A stretch of 64,000 bases of DNA from Nitrospirota bacterium. GTDB taxonomy: Bacteria > Nitrospirota > UBA9217. Positions 1 to 9,466 of the stretch are shown here, piece after piece. Location: assembly GCA_035623825.1 (NCBI GenBank), contig DASPSR010000045.1, forward strand, positions 23,630 to 87,629. Reading direction: 5' to 3'. The stretch's first letter is position 1, and every line of letters begins with the position of its first letter. The position numbers were made by a program, and so were the translations under genes. The notes below the pieces were generated by a model. It saw only the letters and a program-made list of their open reading frames with translations, had not been told where the DNA came from and made no database searches.

Positions 1-25
1 GGTGAAACTGAAAGATAAGGCCTGA
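1..25 (+). CDS. 3' end of a CDS entering from upstream (...VKLKDKA*)
   Basis: Frame 2 reads GTG AAA CTG AAA GAT AAG GCC TGA; too short to identify. Confidence 0.35.
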
Positions 26-274
26 CCGCTGTGCGGCCGAACCGTTAAAGAACCGCCGGAGAGAAACGGCCTAAAAGGCGTCACTCGCAACCGCTAAATT
101 TACACAGAGGCGCTAATACTTTAATCTGATTGACATTTTTGGTGACCATGCTATTTTTAGACAGGGTGGTTTCTAAACTGTCTAAAATCAGTCGCATAGT
201 TCCGGAAAATATTCATGAGCGGACATCTTCGCGGGCTTAAGGGGAAATAAGCAGGTCATAACGGAGGAAACATC

Positions 275-562
275 ATGCGTGCGATCAGATCATTCACTAT
301 GGTTACCATGTCCTTCTTGGCGATCTGCCTCGTTGCCGTATTACCGGCGTGTGAAGTGCAGGGAGGGGAAGCGCTGTTTAAAGACAGATGCCAGCAGTGC
401 CATACCCTGCCGAACCCTGAGATGCGTAGCGCTGCCGAGTGGCCTGCCCTTGTCGAAAAAATGGGCAGATTCATGCACATTGCTCATAAGAGAGAACTGA
501 CAGAACAGCAAAAGCAGGAGATAATCGACTACCTGCAGGCGCACGCTGGCGGAAAGAAGTAA
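275..562 (+). CDS. Small monoheme c-type cytochrome
   Basis: GGAGG RBS, hydrophobic signal peptide, CQQCH heme motif, distal Met in W..LVEKM. Confidence 0.85.
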   Translation: MRAIRSFTMVTMSFLAICLVAVLPACEVQGGEALFKDRCQQCHTLPNPEMRSAAEWPALVEKMGRFMHIAHKRELTEQQKQEIIDYLQAHAGGKK

Positions 563-608
563 CAGTGCTCGTTGAGAGAGACGACTCCTTCCGAAAGAGG
601 AGGCTATT

Positions 609-1094
609 ATGAAAAAAATCGGAATGGCAGGGAAGTCAGGGCTGCTTGCAGTAAGCGTTTTCGTGGCTGCTGTGATTTTCGTAGCGTGTCAAAGCGCCCC
701 GCCGCAGATCAGCATTGAGGGAGCACAAGCCGAATTGTCTCCTGCAATCGTGGGAGAAGCCATGGTGACCATGACTATCAAGAACCAGGGGGGCTCGGAC
801 GCGCTTACGGGAGTATCGACTGACATCCCGGGTGCGAAAGCTTCATTCCACATTATGCAGGGTGAGCACATGGCCAGTGTCGCCAGGGTGAAAATACCGG
901 CAAAAAGCAATGTGGAATTCAAGATGGGCGGCAGCCATATCATGATCATGGATATGCCCAAGACCGCAGTGGAAGGTTCCCAATTCAACGTGACGCTGAC
1001 CTTTGAGAAATCCGGGGAAAAGCAGGTACCGCTTACGCTTCGGGGAGCATCCAGTATGCCCGGCATGCCCATGGGCCATGAGCATCATATGTAA
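609..1094 (+). CDS. Copper chaperone PCu(A)C, lipoprotein
   Basis: Lipobox-like FVAC; H..M..M...GGSHIM copper motif; His/Met-rich tail MPGMPMGHEHHM. Confidence 0.9.
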   Translation: MKKIGMAGKSGLLAVSVFVAAVIFVACQSAPPQISIEGAQAELSPAIVGEAMVTMTIKNQGGSDALTGVSTDIPGAKASFHIMQGEHMASVARVKIPAKSNVEFKMGGSHIMIMDMPKTAVEGSQFNVTLTFEKSGEKQVPLTLRGASSMPGMPMGHEHHM

Positions 1095-1194
1095 CAAACG
1101 GAGCCGCCTGCTTTTTTTCAGTCACAGGATTCCGGCATGGAAATTATCTTTACAGCAAGTGTCCATGTAAATGCCGTCTGTAAAATGCGTTCTG

Positions 1195-2553
1195 TCACGC
1201 CGTCTCTATTCTGAGCTTCTTCAACTTTCTATACAGTGTGGCAAGGTCGACGCCGAGCTTGTTCGCAGTAGTCTCTTTGTTCCCCTTGTTTTCCGTCAGA
1301 CTGCGGCGGATGTAATCCCTCTCAAAGGTATCCAGGGCCTGGCGGAGTGACGATGTAGAAACTCCCTCGACATCCAGGGTCCTGAACTTGTCCGGCAGGT
1401 CGTGGATGGTTATCACTTCTCCGTCGGCGAGCACGGTTGCCCGTTCTATCGTGTTCCGGAGTTCCCTGATGTTCCCCGGCCAGTCGTAGGCGAGAAGCGC
1501 TTGCGTGGCCTCGTAGTCGATATCCTTGATGCTCTTTCCGGCCTCTTTCGAGAAAATCTCCCTGTAATGCTTTATCAGAACGGGGATGTCGTCTCTCCGC
1601 TCCCGCAGCGCCGGCATCCGGATCTCGATGACATTGAGCCGATAGTAGAGGTCTTCCCGGAAACGGCCTTTCTTTACCCGCTGCATGAGATCGGCATTCG
1701 TGGCTGCGATGATCCTGACATCGACGGTGATGACACGGGTATCTCCAACGGGCGTCAGTTCCTTTGTCTGGATCACATGGAGCAGCTTTACCTGGAGGGC
1801 GGAAGGGAGCTCGCCGATCTCGTCGAGGAAAAGCGTGCCGCCGTTCGCCATGGTGATGAGGCCCTTTTTGTCGTCGACGGCAGAGGTGAACGCGCCTTTC
1901 TTATGGCCGAAAAGCTCGCTCTCAAGCAGGTTTTCGGGGATTGCGCCGCAGTTGATGGCGATGAACGGCTTGTCCTTGCGCGCGCCGCCCTCGTGGATGG
2001 CCTGGGCCACGAGCCCTTTGCCCGTGCCGCTATCACCGGTGATCAGGATGTTGCTCTTGCTCGGAATGACCTTCTCCATCACACTGAAAACCTTCTGCAT
2101 GGCTTCCGAACTGCCGATGATGTTGGTGAACGCCGCCGGCCGCTGGCTGAGTTCCTGCCGCAGGATCTGGTTTTCCATCTGGAGATCTCTGCTCTTCAAG
2201 ATCCTTTTGATGGTAAGCCTGATCTCATCGTTGATGAACGGTTTGGTGATATAATCAGCGGCGCCCGCCCTCATGGCTTCAACGGCCGAGCCTACCGAAG
2301 CGAATGCCGTCATCATGATCACCGCCGTCTCCGGGCTTATCTTTTGCGCCTCCCTCAGGACCTCGAACCCGTCCATTTTTTCCATCTTGATATCGGTCAT
2401 GATGATATCGAAGTTCTCCTTCCGGATGCGTTCGATCGCCTGTTCGCCGTTATAACACTCCTGGACATTGTAACCCTCTTTTGTCAAGAGGATCCTTAGT
2501 GCCATGCAGATGTCTTTTTCATCGTCCACGACCATTATGTTCGGTTTTTGCAT
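1195..2553 (-). CDS. Sigma-54-dependent response regulator (NtrC/AtoC family)
   Basis: Receiver domain, GDSGTGKG Walker A, ESELFGHKKGAFTSA loop, Fis-type HTH ATLYRKL. Confidence 0.95.
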   Translation of the reverse strand: MQKPNIMVVDDEKDICMALRILLTKEGYNVQECYNGEQAIERIRKENFDIIMTDIKMEKMDGFEVLREAQKISPETAVIMMTAFASVGSAVEAMRAGAADYITKPFINDEIRLTIKRILKSRDLQMENQILRQELSQRPAAFTNIIGSSEAMQKVFSVMEKVIPSKSNILITGDSGTGKGLVAQAIHEGGARKDKPFIAINCGAIPENLLESELFGHKKGAFTSAVDDKKGLITMANGGTLFLDEIGELPSALQVKLLHVIQTKELTPVGDTRVITVDVRIIAATNADLMQRVKKGRFREDLYYRLNVIEIRMPALRERRDDIPVLIKHYREIFSKEAGKSIKDIDYEATQALLAYDWPGNIRELRNTIERATVLADGEVITIHDLPDKFRTLDVEGVSTSSLRQALDTFERDYIRRSLTENKGNKETTANKLGVDLATLYRKLKKLRIETA

Positions 2554-2571
2554 GATGGCTGCTCCCTTGTC

Positions 2572-4809
2572 TCATCCGTTCTCTACGGGAAGTATGACGG
2601 TAAACACGGTCCCTTTCCCGGTTTCGCTCTCTACCTTGATATCGCCCTTGAACCGTCTGACTATGCTGTAGCTGACGGAAAGGCCGAGGCCCGTGCCTTT
2701 GCCTGCTTCTTTGGTCGTGTAAAAGGGGTCGAATATCTTCTCGATTTCGCGCTTGGCCATGCCGATGCCTGTATCGGCGAACTCGACCATGACCGAGTTG
2801 TGCCCCTGGTCGTCTGCTCCCCGGTGCGTGGAAACGCTCAGCTTGCCCCCGTCAGGCATCGCGTCGAACGCGTTCAGAATGATATTGATGAATACCTGCG
2901 ATATCTGGCCTTCGTCAATCATGATCTTCGGCAAGGCGGGATCCAGGACGACGCCGATCTCGATGGAGCTTTTCATGCGCTTGTCAAAGCGCATCAGGTC
3001 CAGCGTCGAATTCACCACGTCATTGATCTGCACTGATTTTATGTTCAATGCGTCGGCTCTGGAAAAAGTTGACATCCGCCTCACGATGTCGGTGATCCTC
3101 TGGATGTGGTTGTTGATGATGTCGAGGCTGTTCTGCGTGAACTCATCCGTCGCCATCTCCCGCAGGAGCTGGGCGAAGGTGGAGATGGAGGTGAGCGGAT
3201 TGCCGATCTCGTGGGCAACTCCCGCAGCGAGCCTGCCGAGCGCCGCGAGCTTCTCGGAGTGAAGCACCTGCTGTTCGAGCTTCTTTGCAGTGGCCGTGCC
3301 CCTGTCGACCTTGTCCTCGAGCTCCACGGTATACTGTTTGAGCGCTTCTTCAAGCTCGACGCGCTTGGAGACGTCGTTGCTCGCGATAAGGATGCCGGGC
3401 GTCTTCCCGTCGAGCAGGAGCGGGCTGATGTTCATGCTAAAATATACCGGTGAAACGAGAAGCCCCGTTATCTTGTAGTCCCTGATCTCGAAGCTGCGGC
3501 CCGCAAGGGCCTTCTGGAATATGGCCTCAATGGGGATCTCCTCGTACGGGGGAAGCTTGTCCGGGAAGAGGGATAATAACGGCTTGCCGACGATGTCCTT
3601 TTTGGAACGGCCGAAGGTCCGCGCCTGGGCGGAGTTCACGGTCCTGACCACCATATCCTTGTCGACGACCATGAGGTTCGTTTTTGTTTTCTCGATGATA
3701 TTCTCCAGAAAGTCTTTTGAAATTTCGATCTCACGTTCGAGTCTGCGCCGGTTCTCGAGATGCAGGGCCTTTTCTTCCGCCTGGATCTTCTTTTTGTAGT
3801 TGATGACCGTGGCTCCCGAAGCCAGCAGGGTGGTAAAAAAGATGGAGACGATGAGAAGAGAGTAAAATCGGCGGCTTTTCTGCATGAGCGCTATCACATC
3901 CGAATAGGGCGCCGAGACCACGACGATCCATGACCTGTGCGCGATCGAGAACCGATAGAATCCTGCAAGCTTGTTCTCACCGCCCGGGGCCTCGTAGGAA
4001 CCGAAGGTTTCTTGTGCGCCCTCGATCATCTTCTTTTCAGTGTCGAAGGACTTATGGCACTGGAAACACGATTTCCCGGTCTGATAGAGGTTCTTCCCGA
4101 CCATCTGGGGCTGGGTGGGGTGATAGAGCAGGGTCCCGTCGCTGTCCATCATCCAGGCATAGCCGCGCGTCCCTGATTTGACAGGTGCAATATATCTCTG
4201 GGTGATGCCTTCCAGGGAGAGCACGGCAAGAACGACGCCGCCGAATTCAGGGACGGGCACATTGGGCAGATGATGGTAGATTGGGGTTGCGATGATGAAC
4301 CGCTTGGACTCAGGCCGCGGGTCCGTTGACGGGAGCAGGTCGGTGATCAGCTTCTCGCTTCTGGGGAGAACCCGGGCTCTTTGAAAATAATCTGTCGTGG
4401 ACAGGTCCACTCCCTCCCGGCCGGGGGACGCGCTGTCGTAGATCACAATGCCGTGCTTGTTAAGGATGCGGATGGAGACGAGCACCTCGTTCTGGATGTT
4501 GAAGTTCATTGCCTCCAATACGGTACGATTCTGGCTGCTCTGATTGATTCTTTGAATTTCGGGCATTCGGGAGATCACGAGGATATCCTTGTACGTGTTG
4601 TCGATGAAGCTCTCGATGTTCATCGCAACCTCGCGGGCGAGCAGCAACTGTTGCTTGTTGAACTGCTCGGCCATTTCCTCCTGAAGCGACTGGTGAAAGA
4701 ACTGCCCGAGGATGATGATGAAAGAAAGCACGACGAGGAGGGACAGAATGAATATGGTGGGCGTAAACAGCCCCCTCTGCTTAAGGGAACGAGTAAGGCT
4801 TTGAAACAT
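2572..4809 (-). CDS. Sensor histidine kinase: TM, dCache with CXXCH, TM, PAS, HisKA, HATPase
   Basis: GYAWMMDSDGTLLYHP Cache signature, CFQCH, H-box AHEIGNP, FDPFYTTK, GTGLGL. Start moved from 4992 to ATG 4809 because a promoter lies just upstream. Confidence 0.9.
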   Translation of the reverse strand: MFQSLTRSLKQRGLFTPTIFILSLLVVLSFIIILGQFFHQSLQEEMAEQFNKQQLLLAREVAMNIESFIDNTYKDILVISRMPEIQRINQSSQNRTVLEAMNFNIQNEVLVSIRILNKHGIVIYDSASPGREGVDLSTTDYFQRARVLPRSEKLITDLLPSTDPRPESKRFIIATPIYHHLPNVPVPEFGGVVLAVLSLEGITQRYIAPVKSGTRGYAWMMDSDGTLLYHPTQPQMVGKNLYQTGKSCFQCHKSFDTEKKMIEGAQETFGSYEAPGGENKLAGFYRFSIAHRSWIVVVSAPYSDVIALMQKSRRFYSLLIVSIFFTTLLASGATVINYKKKIQAEEKALHLENRRRLEREIEISKDFLENIIEKTKTNLMVVDKDMVVRTVNSAQARTFGRSKKDIVGKPLLSLFPDKLPPYEEIPIEAIFQKALAGRSFEIRDYKITGLLVSPVYFSMNISPLLLDGKTPGILIASNDVSKRVELEEALKQYTVELEDKVDRGTATAKKLEQQVLHSEKLAALGRLAAGVAHEIGNPLTSISTFAQLLREMATDEFTQNSLDIINNHIQRITDIVRRMSTFSRADALNIKSVQINDVVNSTLDLMRFDKRMKSSIEIGVVLDPALPKIMIDEGQISQVFINIILNAFDAMPDGGKLSVSTHRGADDQGHNSVMVEFADTGIGMAKREIEKIFDPFYTTKEAGKGTGLGLSVSYSIVRRFKGDIKVESETGKGTVFTVILPVENG

Positions 4810-4814
4810 GAAGT

Positions 4815-4844
4815 AATTTACCGCTAAAACATGAACGATGTCAA
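4815..4844 (-). promoter_or_regulatory. Sigma70-like promoter for the HK-RR pair
   Basis: TTGACA-18nt-TAAATT on the minus strand, 5 nt before ATG 4809; no SD. Confidence 0.55.
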
Positions 4845-5087
4845 GGAGGAAAACCGGGACGAAGGACGAAAGAACCTGTTCCGTCTGGTCTCCGTCGAAG
4901 GACAGAAGAGCATTAGGAGGGAATACGGCAGAGTCCTCCAGATGAACGGGAAGCGCATGGTCGCAAACAGGAAGTGACGCATTTCCCCCCATGGTGATCT
5001 ACTGCTACAGGCACAGGTATTTGGCCAGGCTTTTAAGAACAGTTTGATCATAAGCAGGGAAGACGGAGGGGGATGTGGCTCTCTGGG

Positions 5088-6911
5088 TCAAAGCTGGGCG
5101 ATGATGCTCTGTTGCTGGCCGGCTACATGCCAGGCTTTGTCCAGGGGGAGGGTGAAGGTGAATACGCTTCCGTGGCCCGGCGTGCTCTCGGCCCAGATAG
5201 AGCCGCCGTGATACTCTATGATCTGCCTCGTGATCGTGAGGCCAAGCCCCGAGCCTTCCGTATTGTTGGTCAGGACATCGCCGGAACGCCGGAATTTATC
5301 GAAGATCAGATTCAGGTCCCCTGCCGGAATGCCGATACCCGTATCAGACACGGACACCAGGATTCGCGGTTTCGGCGTCTCCCCAAGGCTGGTCGTGATC
5401 TGGATCTTGCCGCCTTGCGGCGTGAACTTGATGGCGTTCGAAAGGATGTTGTTTATCACCTGTATCAAGCGGTCCCTGTCACCGAAGATGAGCGGCAGCG
5501 GGTTCTTCACGCTGGTCGAGATGGCAATGCTTTTGTTGTCAGCGAGCGACTGTATGCCGGACACCGAAGTCTGGATTATCTCCTCGAGAGATACCTTGGC
5601 GATGCGCCAGCTCAATTTCCCGGCCTCGATCTTCGTGAGATCAAGGACATCGTTTATGAGTCTGGCCAGACGGTCGGTCTCATTGTTGATGATCGTGAGG
5701 AGCTTGCTCCGTTTTTCCGCGGGCATCTTGGGCTTGATCAGGATAAGCTCCGTGAAGGCCTTGATGGAGGTGAGCGGTGTCCGCAGCTCATGCGAAACAA
5801 TGGATATGAAGTCGGATTTGACCTGGTCGCTCTCTCTGAGCTTCCTGTTCGCCTCTTCAAGGTAGCGATTTGCAGTGGCGAGATTCTGGTTGGATGTCTG
5901 AAGACGCTCATACGCCTTCGTCAGGTGCTCGGTCTTCTCTATCACCCGGAATTCCAGGTTGCGGTTGAGGTCCTCGAGCTCGCTCCGGTTCTTCTCGAGC
6001 TGCAGCGCCATTTTGTCGAAGCTCTCGGACAGCACCCCGGTCTCGTCATTGGAAATGAGGTTCGCTCTTGCGTGCAGGTCGCCTTTCTCAATCTCCCGGA
6101 TCACGGTCATCAGGTGTCCGAGCGGTCTGGAAATGCTGGTGGCGAGCAGGATGCCGATGCCTGTTGCCAGAACGAGAGCGACGGCGGTGACGACGAGAAT
6201 GATCCCGAAAAGGTGTGACATCACATGCTGCACGAAGGGGACGCTCCCTAAAGCGGCGCCCAGCTCCGTTCCCGTACGGTGATAGACGAGCGCCCCCAGG
6301 GCCAGAAGTGGCACTATCACCGTCGCAAGCAGGATGGACAGGAGCCGCATCCGGGTGCTGACATGGATGACATTGGACTCGTTGACGCGAACGGACTTGG
6401 TCTTCTCGGCGAGGACCTTCCGGACCGGATAGAGAAGGCGCTCGGTTAAAAAGAACGAGAAGATGGGATAGACGGCAAGGAGCGCTGCGGCAGAGATCCC
6501 AAGACGGATGTTTTCCTTGAGCGGAAGGCCCCCGAGCGTTCCCATGTAGATGCAGACGAGCATCGTTACGATTTCGTAGCGGACGAGGACGGATAAGGCA
6601 TGGACAAGGGGAAGGTTGAGAGCCCTTACCCTGGCGGCGGCAATGACGTCGTGAGGAGGTTCCAGCCGGCGCTCCATGTAGAAAGTGAGCATCTCTATGG
6701 GGCGGCACTCCCATCGGTCGATGAAATAGAACGCCGAGGCGATCCCCAGCGGGGTGAGAATGATCATTGTCACAATTATGTAATGGAACAGTTGGATCGG
6801 GCTGAAATCCATGCTCACCAGGATGTAGGGTATCAAGGTGGCAAAGATGACCGCAATGATAGCCAATTCGCTGTATGCAATTTTTGCCGAGACTTTTAGT
6901 TGTGTCGTCAT
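5088..6911 (-). CDS. Multi-TM HAMP sensor histidine kinase
   Basis: About 6 hydrophobic segments, HAMP, SHELRTPLT H-box, NAIKFT, DTGIGI, GSGLGL; start ATG 6911, 7 nt after the upstream stop. Confidence 0.92.
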   Translation of the reverse strand: MTTQLKVSAKIAYSELAIIAVIFATLIPYILVSMDFSPIQLFHYIIVTMIILTPLGIASAFYFIDRWECRPIEMLTFYMERRLEPPHDVIAAARVRALNLPLVHALSVLVRYEIVTMLVCIYMGTLGGLPLKENIRLGISAAALLAVYPIFSFFLTERLLYPVRKVLAEKTKSVRVNESNVIHVSTRMRLLSILLATVIVPLLALGALVYHRTGTELGAALGSVPFVQHVMSHLFGIILVVTAVALVLATGIGILLATSISRPLGHLMTVIREIEKGDLHARANLISNDETGVLSESFDKMALQLEKNRSELEDLNRNLEFRVIEKTEHLTKAYERLQTSNQNLATANRYLEEANRKLRESDQVKSDFISIVSHELRTPLTSIKAFTELILIKPKMPAEKRSKLLTIINNETDRLARLINDVLDLTKIEAGKLSWRIAKVSLEEIIQTSVSGIQSLADNKSIAISTSVKNPLPLIFGDRDRLIQVINNILSNAIKFTPQGGKIQITTSLGETPKPRILVSVSDTGIGIPAGDLNLIFDKFRRSGDVLTNNTEGSGLGLTITRQIIEYHGGSIWAESTPGHGSVFTFTLPLDKAWHVAGQQQSIIAQL

Positions 6912-6918
6912 ATTTCCG

Positions 6919-8094
6919 TCAAGGGAACAAGAGCTTGATCGCTGCTTTCCGGAGCATAGCGGGATCGAGGCCGAGCTTCTCCAGTATGGGCGGCACCGCA
7001 ACCAAAAGATCCTTTGCCGTATTTACGTCATTGTTGCTGAGCTTCCATCTATCGGAATCGCTCATGCCGGTTACCCTGCTGAGCGGGGCGTCGTTCTTCG
7101 ACGTGTACATGACCACCATCCTTGATTCACCCTGGATGATCGGCAGGAAGGTATAGTGTTTTATGCCGGCTTTCCTGATGATCTCGTCAGCCTCGGTCTC
7201 GGTAAAAAATCCTGTGTAATCGGTGAATAACGTCGAAAGAAGCACATCGACGGCGATCGTTTCGACGTTATTGACGATCACCTGGTTGAAGAAAATGCCG
7301 TACCGGGAAACTCTGACCATTTCCTGGAGGAACCTTTCCCTCTTGTAGACGGGAAGATAGTGCAACACGTTTATCGCGGATACCCAGTCGTATGCACCGT
7401 CGTTGAATCGTGACAGGTCCATGACATCGCCAACCTGAAGTTCGACCTGGTCCTGGAGGCCCGCATCCGTATTCTTCCGTTTCCCGAGCTCGAGGGTATG
7501 GATATTGATGTCGAGCCCCGAGGCGCTGATGCCAGGGCAGACCTTAACCGTCTCCCGGAGGACCGTTCCGTCCCCGCAGCCCAGGTCAAGGATCATGTGG
7601 CCGGAGGAAAGTCCGGCCCACATGAAGAATTCAGCGGAAGCCTTGGAAAGATGAGAGGCTACCCGAGGAATGTATTCGCGGCTGATTTTCCCCTGCGTGA
7701 TGCTGTCTAGGCCGACCCCTTTCTGATAGGCCTCTTTGGAGTTCTGGAGGGCCTTGGTAAAATAGCTGAACATATGATGCAGCCCGAGCAGGTCGGGCGC
7801 CGGAGTGCCCCGCCGCAAGAGGACGCCCTTGGCTGTCAGGCAGTAGCCGTTATCGGCCCTGCTGACATAACCGTTGGCGACCGCAAAGCGCAGCCACCGT
7901 TCGACCTTGCTGATGTCATATCCCATCTGGGCGGAAAGTTCCTGGGCCGTAACGGCTTTTTTGTCCGGTATCCAGTCGAAGAAGCCGAGCTCGATCCCCT
8001 GGACGGTGTCGAGGGCAATGGTGCCCTGAACGAGCATGTTCAGGAGGTCAGCCGAAAATTTCTTTATGTCATCAGGGTCCATTGACCGCTCCAT
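6919..8094 (-). CDS. Class I SAM-dependent methyltransferase with N-terminal winged helix and C-terminal HhH-like extension
   Basis: ILDLGCGDG motif I; N-terminal ELSAQMGYDISKVERWLR; C-terminal PLSRVTGMS...LSNNDVNTAKDLL. Confidence 0.85.
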   Translation of the reverse strand: MERSMDPDDIKKFSADLLNMLVQGTIALDTVQGIELGFFDWIPDKKAVTAQELSAQMGYDISKVERWLRFAVANGYVSRADNGYCLTAKGVLLRRGTPAPDLLGLHHMFSYFTKALQNSKEAYQKGVGLDSITQGKISREYIPRVASHLSKASAEFFMWAGLSSGHMILDLGCGDGTVLRETVKVCPGISASGLDINIHTLELGKRKNTDAGLQDQVELQVGDVMDLSRFNDGAYDWVSAINVLHYLPVYKRERFLQEMVRVSRYGIFFNQVIVNNVETIAVDVLLSTLFTDYTGFFTETEADEIIRKAGIKHYTFLPIIQGESRMVVMYTSKNDAPLSRVTGMSDSDRWKLSNNDVNTAKDLLVAVPPILEKLGLDPAMLRKAAIKLLFP

Positions 8095-8121
8095 ACGGCA
8101 TGTGACTGGAATGTTTATCCA

Positions 8122-8796
8122 TCATTTCTTGTTTATCAGTGCGCCGGCAGCGATGAGACCGTAAACAACCCAGATGATCAACAGCGTCCCCCAGATGTAG
8201 AAACCCATTCTCTTCACGGTATCCGTACGGGTTGCCTTGTTTTCGCGCCTGGTCTCTGCGTCCTTCTGCCGAGCACGCCGGTAAAAATCCTCGAATTGCC
8301 GGTATTGATCCGGGGCAAGTTCGTAAAGCCTGGCAAGGGGGATCGCGCTCTTGGGGAGCGAGAACGGAAACCGGAAGGAAATGTCGACCTCCGGCTCTCG
8401 GGATAGCAGGGCGTTCTGCGTCCCGAGGTCGGTGTTCTCGAGCTCTTTCGCATAACAGTAGATCATATTCTGGGAGAGGTCTTTGCAGAATTCGCGGAAA
8501 GGTTTCTTTTTTTCGAATTTCGAATTGATGAGGCTGGTTTCGTAACAGGTCAATGCCGTTTTGTACTCGCCGAGTTTCTGGTGACACAGACCGGAGACAG
8601 CGAGCGAGGTTGCAAGCCCTGATACCCCGTTCGCGAGGGGATCGCTGAACGGACGTCCTTTCACATCCAGCTTGCGGAAGGAGTCTTCTGCCCGCCGCAG
8701 CTCATTGAGCGCCTCTTCGTAGAGTCCTTGCTGAAAGAGGGCGTGGCCCGAATGATAAAGCTTTTCGGCCGTTTGCCTTTTAATGGTTGTGGCCAT
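8122..8796 (-). CDS. TPR protein with C-terminal membrane anchor
   Basis: TPR-like helices (GHALFQQGLYEEAL, GLCHQKLGEYKTAL) and a hydrophobic C-terminus. Confidence 0.75.
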   Translation of the reverse strand: MATTIKRQTAEKLYHSGHALFQQGLYEEALNELRRAEDSFRKLDVKGRPFSDPLANGVSGLATSLAVSGLCHQKLGEYKTALTCYETSLINSKFEKKKPFREFCKDLSQNMIYCYAKELENTDLGTQNALLSREPEVDISFRFPFSLPKSAIPLARLYELAPDQYRQFEDFYRRARQKDAETRRENKATRTDTVKRMGFYIWGTLLIIWVVYGLIAAGALINKK

Positions 8797-8803
8797 ACCG
8801 GCA

Positions 8804-9175
8804 TTACTTATCGAAGATATGCTTTATCTTCGAAAGTATTTCCATCGGGCTGAACGGTTTCACGATGTATTCATCTGCGCCGACTTCTTTGCCGCGTTCC
8901 TGCTCGGCCGCCTGACCTTTGGCGGTCAGCATGATCACGTAGGTGTTTTTGAGGACAGGGTCGCTCTTGATGGCTCGGCAGACATCGTAGCCGTTGATTT
9001 CCGGCATCATGATATCGAGGAACAGGATGTCGGGGCGGAATTCCTTGACTTTCTCGATCGTCTCTGCCCCATCCTTCGCCAGCGACAATTCGTATCCCTC
9101 ATCTTCGAGAAGATAGGTGAGAGCGTCCCTGATATTTTCGTTGTCGTCGGCTATGAGGATCTTCTTCTGTTCCAT
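8804..9175 (-). CDS. Single-domain response regulator
   Basis: ILIADD, LFLDIMMP, MLTAK, KPFS. Confidence 0.95.
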   Translation of the reverse strand: MEQKKILIADDNENIRDALTYLLEDEGYELSLAKDGAETIEKVKEFRPDILFLDIMMPEINGYDVCRAIKSDPVLKNTYVIMLTAKGQAAEQERGKEVGADEYIVKPFSPMEILSKIKHIFDK

Positions 9176-9466
9176 GATTGTGAGTCAACCAATATTTTAT
9201 AGTCTATTAAAAAAATATTAGCTACTATTTATGTTTTTGTCAAGCGTGAAAAGGGTTCCTTTCCCTTCACTGTGTATTTGCGTAGAGGCGGGGGGATGTC
9301 GCTAGAGAAAAATTCTCTTTTAGCGGCGGCAAAGTTGAAAAAATGACGAACTGGATGTATTATATAAGGAAATAGTATTCTTTGGGCTGTGGGCGGCAGT
9401 GACAGGCCCTGAGATCACAGTGACTCGCGGGAGTCTTCGTAAACATCCGACCGAGGGGGGCTTCAA

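Noticed and set aside
1402-2499. Long antisense ORFs (also 5073-6218, 20578-21681, 27203-28210, 51231-52238, 53057-54055 and others)
   Set aside because: Shadows of well-supported genes on the opposite strand in GC-rich DNA; no motifs
4810-4992. 61-aa N-terminal extension of the kinase, and ORF 4824-5051
   Set aside because: The region contains the promoter; no recognisable protein features
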